Positions 9,855 to 17,414 of a stretch of 64,000 nt of DNA are shown here, one piece after another. Origin of the DNA: Candidatus Woesearchaeota archaeon. GTDB lineage: Archaea > Nanobdellota > Nanobdellia > Woesearchaeales > GW2011-AR9. The position numbers and the translations under genes are program-made. The stretch spans positions 38,420-102,419 of the forward strand of contig JABHQW010000002.1 in the NCBI GenBank assembly GCA_018696595.1. Direction: 5' to 3'. Positions within the stretch are counted from its first letter, which is position 1, and every line of letters starts with the position of its first letter. The notes below the pieces were generated by a model. It ran no database searches and was not told where the DNA came from. It saw nothing but the letters and a program-made list of their open reading frames with translations.

Positions 9855-10484
9855 TCAATACTCTACTCCTCTTCTAGCCATCTGGCCTTTATCAAAATAA
9901 TGTTTTCTGGGCATCATTTCTGTTATTAAATCAGCGATTACTTTTATTTCTTCTGGGGCATCCCGGCCAGTTAAAACTAATTCTGTGTGGACTGGCTTTT
10001 TCTCGATTAGTTCCATTACTTCGGCAATATCTAATAAACCTAGGGCCATCGCCACATTAATCTCATCCAAAATAACTAATTGGTATTGTCCTGAATTAAC
10101 CACTTCCAATGTTTTTTTAAATGCTTCTTTAGCATAATCTTTCTGAATTTCATCATTCAAGAAACAGTAACGGCAGGTTCCACAATCAATATCATCACGG
10201 ATAAAATCAAACAAAGTTTTATCTCTACTTCCTTTCTGACTAAATCCATCAATCTTAAGCTGTTTCTGTTGTTTTATGCATGGTCGGCCAAACTGGGCAA
10301 TGTCCATTTTTGGAAGGTAATTCTTGATAGCAATATATTCTCCAGTGTAAGCGCCACCTTTCATAAACTGAACTACAAAAACCTTAAATCCTTGCCCAAT
10401 TGCTCTCATCCCTAAACCTAGAGCGGCGGTAGTTTTACCTTTACCTTCTCCAGTATAAACATGTATTAACCCTCTTTTAGACAT
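9855..10484 (-). CDS. cobO: ATP:corrinoid adenosyltransferase (CobA/CobO/BtuR type) with Cys-rich insertion
   Basis: IHVYTGEGKGKTTAALG, VQFMKG, LVILDEIN, ELVLTGR, KHYFDKG..ARRGVEY. Confidence 0.93.
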   Translation of the reverse strand: MSKRGLIHVYTGEGKGKTTAALGLGMRAIGQGFKVFVVQFMKGGAYTGEYIAIKNYLPKMDIAQFGRPCIKQQKQLKIDGFSQKGSRDKTLFDFIRDDIDCGTCRYCFLNDEIQKDYAKEAFKKTLEVVNSGQYQLVILDEINVAMALGLLDIAEVMELIEKKPVHTELVLTGRDAPEEIKVIADLITEMMPRKHYFDKGQMARRGVEY

Positions 10485-10507
10485 TGTTATTTTGTGTATT
10501 TTAAATT

Positions 10508-10630
10508 ATGAGCAGGGCCGAGTTCGCTTCTTCTATGTAAAATAAGAGTGCGGTTCCCCCCGGATGGGGCTTCCCCCACCGCAGACTGATGTTTTCTTCT
10601 ATAAAACGCTCACGAGTTGGCGCTGCTCAT
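10508..10630 (+). ncRNA. Unknown K-turn-containing structured RNA, copy A
   Basis: Terminal stem ATGAGCAG/CTGCTCAT plus GCCGA..TTCG/CGAG.TTGGC with G-U pairs (favours + strand); core 10546-10594 aligns without gaps to copy B with compensatory changes. Confidence 0.65.
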
Positions 10631-10639
10631 TGTATCTGA

Positions 10640-13177
10640 TTATAACTCACAGCTGCCTTTGAATCCGCACTGGCTGGAACATTCTGTACAACCACCAATC
10701 TTGACCATCACTCCTTCCTTACAAGCCGGACAACGTTGACCTGCTTTTGATCCGTACTCTTCTGAATTATCAACAAACGATTCTTTTTTTGTTGCAATAT
10801 TTTTTTCAATCTCTTCTTCATTTTTGCCTTCTGCGCTAAGAGCATTCTTAGTTTCAGTATCTTCTGAGGTAGATAAAACTTGTTCTGCTCTACTTTGGTC
10901 CACATAAACTGTTAATCCTTTACAGCCAAGATCATAACCCATCTCATAAATTTTCTTAGTTTCCTCTACAGTGAAGCCACTTGGAACATTAACTGTTTTA
11001 CTGATTGAAGAATCTGTCCATTTTTGAATTACTGCTTGTGTTCGAACATGATCTTCTGGTTTTAGGTCCATCGCAGCAACAAAGTAATTTGGGAAAGACC
11101 CATCTTCTTGTTTTGCTTCTTCAGCAATTGGAATTAAGACTTTATGGAATCCTAGTCTTGACTGTTGATAATATTCAAACGCATAGTAGGGTTCAATTCC
11201 AGTAGATGTATTTAACATACTGCCAACAGTGCCAGTTGGTGCTTGAGTAGTTAAAGTTACATTTCTCATTCCATTCTTGTAAATAGTATCTTGTACTTCT
11301 TTAGATAACTGTTTAACAAATTCTGATTGCATAAACTTTTCTCGATTATATCTTGGGAATGAACCTTTTTCACTAGCTAATTCGCTAGAAGCTAGGTACA
11401 TCTCTTCAATAATTGTTTTATACAATTTGTCTAAGAAAATTAAACTATCCTCTGCCCCATACTTGATTCTTAATTTGATTAGCAGTTCTGCCAACCCTAA
11501 AGTGCCAGCACCAATTCTTCTTTCTGATTTCTGGTTCTTTTCATTCTCTGCGAAATGATAAGGGGTTAAGTCAATGATGTTGTCCAAGAATCTAATCAAT
11601 ATGCGGGCAGATTTCTTTAACTGTTCCCAATCCATCTCATAAATCTTACCAATCGGATCAGTTCCAACTTGTTTAGCAAAACTTGCTAAATATAAATGTC
11701 CCAAATTACAAACTCCCCAGGCAGGTAAACCTTGTTCTCCACAAGGGTTTGTACAGATTAGTTCATTATAATACCAAGAATTGCTTAACTTATTGTACCG
11801 TTCCATGAACACTACACCTGGTTCGGCACTTTTATGAGCAGAACTAATAATTAAGTCCCATAATTCTCTGGCATTAATAGTTTTGTAAACTTTTGTTGGG
11901 TATCCTTTCTTTTTCCAAGTTCTAACGTTACCATCCCATTCATTTTCATAAGCTTCAAAATTTTCTTCATAATCTGGATATTCTAAATTCCACATGCCAT
12001 TACTTTTTACTTTTTCCATGAACTCATCTGATACTTTAACAGAAATGTTAGCATTTTCAATCATTCCTTTTTGTTTTTTTGATCCAATAAACTCAATTAC
12101 GTCTGGGTGCCAATCATCTAACATTAACATTAATGCTCCTCTTCTCGATCCGCCTTGTTCAATCAAACCAGTAGCGAAAGAATAAATTCCTCCCCACGAA
12201 ACAGCTCCTGAAGATTTCCCATGTACTCCTCTTACAATCGCATATCTTGGTCTTAATGTTGATAGGCAAAGTCCCACTCCTCCACCTCGAGACATGACTT
12301 CTGTTAATACTCCTAACGTTTCTAAGATTCCTCCCCTTGAATCTTTTGGGGAAGGTAAAACGTAGCAGTTATACAAAGTCCAATTAGAAATTACTTCTCC
12401 TCCTTTGCTAGAGGTTGCTCCAGCCATGATTCTTCCTGCTGGTTGGATTCTTTTTTGTTTAAGTTCTTCTAAAAATTCTTTTTCCCAAAAGTTTTTTCTC
12501 TCAATGTTATCTTCTAAGCTGGAAGCAGCTTTAGCAATTCTTTTGTAAGAATCTAATACTGCTTCTTGCGCTTTGTCAACTTTCCAGATTGATTGGGAAA
12601 ACTCTTTTTCTAAATCTATTAAATAGAACTTTCCTAATTCTCCTTCTATTGAAAGAGTAATTGCTAACTCTTTTTTTGGAAAGCGAGAATCTTCTTTTGT
12701 GATAACAATTACTAAGTCACCAACACGAATATTTCTATCTTGATCTTTTTGTGAGTATCGGTCTAAGAAAATTAATCTTCCTAACTTGCTGAAACCCTTA
12801 GAATTGTTTAAAATGTGAATTGCTTGGGCACTTAAATAGATGTCTTTACTTAATAAATTGTCTACATTTTTACAATTACTTATTGCGGACTCATTTCTTA
12901 CTAAAGATCTTCTGTATCTATAAATAATAAACTCTTTTGCTAATTCTACGTGTCCTTCTTCAATCAGAACTTTTTCTACCACATCTTGAACAATCTCAAT
13001 ATCGGGAACTTCATCATCCATTAATTCTAAATATTCAGTAATCTTATTTGCCAGTTCGTTTGCTAACGGTAAGTTTGGTTCTCCAATTGATTGTGATGCT
13101 TTAAATATTGCATTAGCAATTCTGGAAACATCAAACTTTGTAGCAATTCCATCTCTTTTTTTAATTTGTTCTATCAT
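10640..13177 (-). CDS. nrdJ: Class II (adenosylcobalamin-dependent) ribonucleotide reductase with N-terminal ATP-cone and C-terminal Zn ribbon
   Basis: IKKRDG ATP-cone, PAGRIM, LYNCYVL, GGGVG, TNPCGEQGL, CNLG, TTQAPTGT, DSSISKTVN, CPAC..GGCTEC. Confidence 0.95.
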   Translation of the reverse strand: MIEQIKKRDGIATKFDVSRIANAIFKASQSIGEPNLPLANELANKITEYLELMDDEVPDIEIVQDVVEKVLIEEGHVELAKEFIIYRYRRSLVRNESAISNCKNVDNLLSKDIYLSAQAIHILNNSKGFSKLGRLIFLDRYSQKDQDRNIRVGDLVIVITKEDSRFPKKELAITLSIEGELGKFYLIDLEKEFSQSIWKVDKAQEAVLDSYKRIAKAASSLEDNIERKNFWEKEFLEELKQKRIQPAGRIMAGATSSKGGEVISNWTLYNCYVLPSPKDSRGGILETLGVLTEVMSRGGGVGLCLSTLRPRYAIVRGVHGKSSGAVSWGGIYSFATGLIEQGGSRRGALMLMLDDWHPDVIEFIGSKKQKGMIENANISVKVSDEFMEKVKSNGMWNLEYPDYEENFEAYENEWDGNVRTWKKKGYPTKVYKTINARELWDLIISSAHKSAEPGVVFMERYNKLSNSWYYNELICTNPCGEQGLPAWGVCNLGHLYLASFAKQVGTDPIGKIYEMDWEQLKKSARILIRFLDNIIDLTPYHFAENEKNQKSERRIGAGTLGLAELLIKLRIKYGAEDSLIFLDKLYKTIIEEMYLASSELASEKGSFPRYNREKFMQSEFVKQLSKEVQDTIYKNGMRNVTLTTQAPTGTVGSMLNTSTGIEPYYAFEYYQQSRLGFHKVLIPIAEEAKQEDGSFPNYFVAAMDLKPEDHVRTQAVIQKWTDSSISKTVNVPSGFTVEETKKIYEMGYDLGCKGLTVYVDQSRAEQVLSTSEDTETKNALSAEGKNEEEIEKNIATKKESFVDNSEEYGSKAGQRCPACKEGVMVKIGGCTECSSQCGFKGSCEL

Positions 13178-13178
13178 T

Positions 13179-13622
13179 TTAACTTCCTCCTTTAATAATC
13201 GTGTTGATTTCTTTTTTCAATATTTCTGGGTCATCAATTTCTTTATGTACAGAAGCGAATCTGAGATACGATATTTTGTCATGTTTTTTTAATTCTTTTA
13301 AGACTACTTTTCCAATCTCGCTTGTTTTTAATGGGTTCATCTTTTTGTTTAATATTCTCATTTCAATTTTTTTTGTAAGGTTGGTTAGAATTTCTTCTGG
13401 GGTTTTTCCACAAGCTTTACTTACGCTTTCTTCAATTTTTTTTAGGTTGAATTCTTGCTCTTTCCCATCTCTTTTAATCACTTTAAAATGGATCTTAGCT
13501 TTTTCATAAGTTGTAAATCTGTTTGTACAATTTAAACATTCCCTTCTTCTCCTTATTGATTCATTGAGAAGTCTAGATTCAAGCACTTTTGTATCTGTTT
13601 TTGAGCAAAATGGACAATACAT
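13179..13622 (-). CDS. nrdR: Transcriptional repressor NrdR
   Basis: MYCPFC..KVLESR..IRRRRECLNCTNRFTTYE, ATP-cone VIKRDG, YLRFASVHK; 1 bp from nrdJ. Confidence 0.95.
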   Translation of the reverse strand: MYCPFCSKTDTKVLESRLLNESIRRRRECLNCTNRFTTYEKAKIHFKVIKRDGKEQEFNLKKIEESVSKACGKTPEEILTNLTKKIEMRILNKKMNPLKTSEIGKVVLKELKKHDKISYLRFASVHKEIDDPEILKKEINTIIKGGS

Positions 13623-13646
13623 CTTTTCACCTTTTTTAATAGCGAC

Positions 13647-13693
13647 ACACTACATCTGGGGGTCTTTGTTGTTTTGGTTTCCCCATCTTGTGT
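13647..13693. promoter_or_regulatory. Tandem NrdR boxes upstream of nrdR-nrdJ
   Basis: ACACTACATCTGGGGG (13647-13662) and TTTCCCCATCTTGTGT (13678-13693) resemble acaCwAtATaTwGtgt, starts 31 bp apart; TTTAAA box on - strand at about 13720-13725. Confidence 0.7.
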
Positions 13694-13809
13694 TTTCTGT
13701 TTTTTAGAAAAATAATTGGTTTAAATACTTTCTAGTGTTATGGTATATATTCTCTAAACTACAAATGTATTCCAATAATCTTTTAAACCCAAACATTTTC
13801 CTTTAACTT

Positions 13810-14328
13810 ATGATTTTAATGTTAATCTTGAAAAGTTTGTATTTCTTTTTGCCAGCTTACCTAGCAAATCTTATTCCACCATTGTTGAAGAATGTTCCTT
13901 TTCTAGACAAACCAGTTTCAGAAAAACATTTTGGCAGTCATAAAACTTGGCGAGGAATTGTAGCGGCAATTATTTTAGGGGGATTTGTATTTTGGTTACA
14001 GAAAATTTCTTACTTTAATGGGTATACCAAACTTGCTTTAATTGATTACAATGGTTTTTCGGTCTTGTTAGGCTTTCTGTTAGGTGCAGGAGCAATCTTT
14101 GGAGATTTAGTTAAAAGTTATTTTAAAAGAAAGTCTGGTGTTAAACCAGGAGAATCTTGGAAACCGTGGGATCAACTTGATTTTGTTATTGGTGCAATCT
14201 TATTATCTTTTTTTGTTTACGTTCCCAGAGCGGAAGTGATTTTAGTTCTTTTACTTGTTAGTCCTTTGTTACACATCTTGTTTAACTTATTGGGATATTG
14301 GCTGAAGATCAACAAGAGTGTTTGGTGA
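13810..14328 (+). CDS. carS: CDP-archaeol synthase (DUF46)
   Basis: LPAYLAN, KTWRG, GAIFGDLVKSYFKR..G..PG..W..WDQLDF. Confidence 0.9.
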   Translation: MILMLILKSLYFFLPAYLANLIPPLLKNVPFLDKPVSEKHFGSHKTWRGIVAAIILGGFVFWLQKISYFNGYTKLALIDYNGFSVLLGFLLGAGAIFGDLVKSYFKRKSGVKPGESWKPWDQLDFVIGAILLSFFVYVPRAEVILVLLLVSPLLHILFNLLGYWLKINKSVW

Positions 14329-14330
14329 CT

Positions 14331-14918
14331 CTACGCTTTTCTTATTTCTTTAACAAAATGCTGTAATTGTAAAGCTAAAGAATAAACGATAAACCCACCA
14401 ACAATTAAGTAAGTTGCCGTAAGGATAAAAGTATTGCCAATTGGGTGAAATAAGATTCCAATTGGATAGAACATGAACGGAATTAACAAACCGGTTCTTA
14501 CAAACACTACTGGGTATTCAAATTTAGAAGAGAAGTAAACTAATTGAGTTATAATTAACAATCCTAATATAATATAAACATAGTAATCTTGTAAGTACCA
14601 ACCTAATTTAATTAAAGTTATAATAGCAATTGTTCTGTCTGTAATCAAATCATAATATTGTCCAAATTTAGTTGGTTGAGAAGCTTTAGCAATTAGTCCA
14701 TCTAAACCATCGGCAATTAAATGTAATATTGCAAAGACAACAAATAACAAATGGTTAGAGAATAGAAAGTAAACTGTTAAGATTCCTAATATTAATGAGA
14801 TGGTGGTCATAGTGTTGGCAGAGATTCCTAAATCATAGAAAAACCGACCCCATTTTAAAAAATTCTTTTCTTTAAATTCTCTGCATTTGGCCACAAACTT
14901 TTGATTTGAACTTTCCAT
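14331..14918 (-). CDS. CDP-alcohol phosphatidyltransferase family
   Basis: ISANTMT, D-G-x2-D-G-x2-A-K-x6-FG-x3-D-x3-D signature (ADGLDGLIAKASQPTKFGQYYDLITDR). Confidence 0.88.
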   Translation of the reverse strand: MESSNQKFVAKCREFKEKNFLKWGRFFYDLGISANTMTTISLILGILTVYFLFSNHLLFVVFAILHLIADGLDGLIAKASQPTKFGQYYDLITDRTIAIITLIKLGWYLQDYYVYIILGLLIITQLVYFSSKFEYPVVFVRTGLLIPFMFYPIGILFHPIGNTFILTATYLIVGGFIVYSLALQLQHFVKEIRKA

Positions 14919-14973
14919 CAGAAAGATATATATAACAGAGACTATATAAAAAGTTTCCTATATAATGGCTTTA

Positions 14974-15113
14974 CAGTAAGTATAGTTAGCATCGACTCAC
15001 TCTTTTGTTTGTGGATCTGATTGTGGTCCTCCCCGTAAGGGACGTCCCCCACCACAGAAAGATGTTTAGTCGATTATATCGTTCGTATATTGATGCTAAC
15101 TAAACTTATACTG
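14974..15113 (+). ncRNA. Unknown K-turn-containing structured RNA, copy B
   Basis: 13-bp stem TAGTTAGCATCGA/TTGATGCTAACTA extended by CAGTA/TACTG; K-turn CTGA (15017-20) / AAA-GATG (15058-64); TATATAAA box about 25 nt upstream of the stem. Confidence 0.7.
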
Positions 15114-15124
15114 CTTATAACAAA

Positions 15125-15778
15125 ATGAAACGACTATTTATTGAGACTAAATATGAAGGCAAACTGACTTTGCCAAAGGAATTAATAGAACAATTACCAC
15201 AAAAGATTGTTCTAGCTATGCCTGTACAGTTTCTTGATTTTGTAGATTCTATTAAAGAACAATTAGTGGGGAAAGAAGTTACTTTATTCAAAAGCAAACA
15301 TGGAATGCATCCTGGACAAGCTTTAGGTTGCGCCATTGAGAAGTTTCCTGGAGATTTTGAAGTGTTCCTTTACATTGGCGATGGTAAGTTTCATCCAACA
15401 GCTTTATTATATGAGAACGAGAAGAAAGTTTATTGTTACAATCCTTTTAATAATCAGATTGAAATTTTAGATCAAGATTATTTAGAAAAAGTTCATAAGA
15501 AAAGAAAAGGTCAGTTAGCAAAATTCTTATCTTCAGATAATATTGGTTTATTAGTTACTACTAAACCTGGTCAGAATCAAAGTAAGAAAGCTGAAGAGTT
15601 ACGTTTGAAGCTAGAAGAGAAAGGCAAGAACGTTTTTGTTTTCCTTGCCGATGATATTGATTTTAATTCTTTAGAAAACTTTAATTTTATTGAATCTTGG
15701 ATAAATACTGCTTGCCCTCGAATTGTTGAGGATTTTAAGTGTTTAAATTGGATGGATTTAGCCGAGATTGGATTCTAA
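15125..15778 (+). CDS. dph2: Diphthamide biosynthesis protein Dph2-like, short form
   Basis: GQALGC, YIGDGKFHP, GLLVTTKPGQ, INTACPRI. Confidence 0.88.
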   Translation: MKRLFIETKYEGKLTLPKELIEQLPQKIVLAMPVQFLDFVDSIKEQLVGKEVTLFKSKHGMHPGQALGCAIEKFPGDFEVFLYIGDGKFHPTALLYENEKKVYCYNPFNNQIEILDQDYLEKVHKKRKGQLAKFLSSDNIGLLVTTKPGQNQSKKAEELRLKLEEKGKNVFVFLADDIDFNSLENFNFIESWINTACPRIVEDFKCLNWMDLAEIGF

Positions 15779-15821
15779 TTCCAGAAATTATTTAAATGAT
15801 TAACTTGATTTTTTTATTAAA

Positions 15822-16211
15822 ATGGCTGAAGAATTATATGTGATTAATACAGAAGTAGATTCATTTTTTGTTAATCCTTTTGTAAATGAATGTCTTAGAA
15901 CATATGCAGGAGCACATCGGGAATTTGTTGCTAAAATACAAGAAGCTCTTCCTTCTTTCAATCTCCCTTATCTTGCTTTGTTTTCTAATGGTCTCTTTTA
16001 TGCTCCAGAAATGATTAGGCCGGCTAGTGGAGATAGTGGTAATATCAATAATCTTAGAATTGGTCTTAGTGGGCTTGTTGAAGAATTATTGGAAGAAGGC
16101 CCAGGGATTAAACCAATAACGGCAATAGTAGAATTTTCTTTAGAAGAGCTTTATCCTGAAGAGATGAGACAATTAGGGGAAAGATACGATCTTAAGAGGA
16201 TGATTGTTTAA
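15822..16211 (+). CDS. Hypothetical protein
   Basis: 129-aa ORF after TTTAAA box; no motif recognised. Confidence 0.55.
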   Translation: MAEELYVINTEVDSFFVNPFVNECLRTYAGAHREFVAKIQEALPSFNLPYLALFSNGLFYAPEMIRPASGDSGNINNLRIGLSGLVEELLEEGPGIKPITAIVEFSLEELYPEEMRQLGERYDLKRMIV

Positions 16212-16223
16212 CTTTTAATTCTC

Positions 16224-16241
16224 TCGTCGGGTATTCGACGG
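16224..16241 (+). terminator. Short GC-rich hairpin downstream of the 15822-16211 gene
   Basis: TCGTCGG-GTAT-TCGACGG, 7-bp stem including G-U pairs. Confidence 0.35.
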
Positions 16242-16342
16242 ATAAAACACGAAAGATTTAAATACCCTAAAGATTTCTCTTCAGCTAAGAAAAACTTAGT
16301 TTTTCCTAATAAAATAAAACAAAAAGAGGAGGGTGATTGCAA

Positions 16343-16849
16343 ATGGCACAAGTCGTAGCAAAAACTGGAATTAAAAAAGAATCAGGCTGGCTATATTTTC
16401 TTGATAAAAGTGGAAACGTAGCTTGCGCTCAAATGAGCCGAGCTGGAAGAAAAAAAGGTCGAGCAAAGAAAAAAGTAGTAGCAAAAGTTGGTGTTAAGAA
16501 AGAATCTGGTTATTTATACTTTATCGATAAGAAAGGTAATGTAGCTAGAGCAAAGATGGCTAGAGGAAGAAAAAAGGGCAAAAAGAAAGTTGCTAAAAAG
16601 AAAGCTAAGAAAAAAGTTGCTAAGAAGAAGGTAGTTAAGAGAAAAGTAGCTAAGAAGAAAGTAACTAAAAAGAAAGTAGCTAAGAAAAAGCCTGTTAAGA
16701 AGAAAGCTGTGAAAAAGAAAGCTGTTAAGAAAAAAGTTGCTAAAAAGAAAGCTGTGAAGAAGAAAGTAGTTAAGAAAAAGGCAGCTAAGAAGAAAGTAGT
16801 TAAAAAGAAAGCAGCTAAAAAGAAAGCAGTTAAGAAAAGAAAAAGGTAA
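16343..16849 (+). CDS. Histone-H1-like Lys/Ala/Val-rich basic protein with duplicated N-terminal beta module
   Basis: Two copies of KxGxKKESGxLYFxDKxGNVA..xMxRxGRKKG followed by about 18 KKK(A/V)(A/V/T) pentapeptides; ATG at 16343 after GGAGGGTG RBS. Confidence 0.85.
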   Translation: MAQVVAKTGIKKESGWLYFLDKSGNVACAQMSRAGRKKGRAKKKVVAKVGVKKESGYLYFIDKKGNVARAKMARGRKKGKKKVAKKKAKKKVAKKKVVKRKVAKKKVTKKKVAKKKPVKKKAVKKKAVKKKVAKKKAVKKKVVKKKAAKKKVVKKKAAKKKAVKKRKR

Positions 16850-16850
16850 A

Positions 16851-16890
16851 TTCTTTTTTCTTTATTTTTTTTATTTTTATTTTTTTTTGA
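16851..16890 (+). terminator. Oligo-T archaeal terminator
   Basis: Consecutive T tracts immediately after the stop codon. Confidence 0.55.
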
Positions 16891-16926
16891 GTTAAGTTTA
16901 ATAATTAAGTGTATTTCTATCAAAAA

Positions 16927-17391
16927 ATGATTCGTAAAACTAAAGAAGATGATTTTGAACAGTTAGTTTATTTAGATGCCAATAGTGGACACATATTTTA
17001 TGAAAAAAAACCGGAATGGAAGAAAGGGATTTCAGAATGGTTTAGAGGAATGTTTGATAACATAAATAATGATTTCTATGTATATGAAGAAGATGGTAAA
17101 ATTGTTGGTGCAATTGGATTAGATAAAGATTTCCCAATACATAATTCTTGCGGGATTATTTTCTTAGCTGTTCTTAAAGAAGAACACAGGAAAGGTATTG
17201 GGAAGAAGTTGGTTCAATTTATTGAGAATAAAGCTAAAGAAAATGGTAATGAAAGAATATTTCTTTATACTGGTGATGACAATACTTCAGCTCAAGGGTT
17301 TTATTTGAAATTAGGTTATGAGAAAATTAATGAATTTCCGGGATATTATAGTTGGGGACAAACTGCTTTCTTATATGGTAAGAAATTATAA
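16927..17391 (+). CDS. GNAT-family N-acetyltransferase
   Basis: FYVYEEDGKIVG, LAVLKEEHRKGIGKKLV, A..FYLKLGY. Confidence 0.9.
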   Translation: MIRKTKEDDFEQLVYLDANSGHIFYEKKPEWKKGISEWFRGMFDNINNDFYVYEEDGKIVGAIGLDKDFPIHNSCGIIFLAVLKEEHRKGIGKKLVQFIENKAKENGNERIFLYTGDDNTSAQGFYLKLGYEKINEFPGYYSWGQTAFLYGKKL

Positions 17392-17414
17392 AAAGAAAAA
17401 GAAAAGAAAAAAAA

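Noticed and set aside
10508-10630. Cobalamin riboswitch upstream of cobO
   Set aside because: CCCCCACCGCAGACTG superficially recalls the B12-riboswitch CCCCGCxACUG segment, but it is on the strand opposite cobO, the GGGAA/GGUG and B12-box elements are missing, and the homologous copy B lacks the motif
3888-13177. Inteins in PolB or NrdJ (also checked GyrB and the RNAP subunits)
   Set aside because: Lengths are normal and catalytic motifs are contiguous; no C/S-start ... HN-C/S/T splice junctions
14974-15113. Canonical C/D-box or H/ACA guide RNA
   Set aside because: Only an internal D'/C'-like K-turn is present; no terminal C (RUGAUGA) or D (CUGA) boxes and no ACA after the terminal stem
16510-16923. 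137-aa Phe/Leu/Ala-rich membrane-like ORF on the - strand
   Set aside because: Antisense shadow of the Lys-rich repeat gene (AAG/AAA codons read as CTT/TTT); the same applies to 41764-41988
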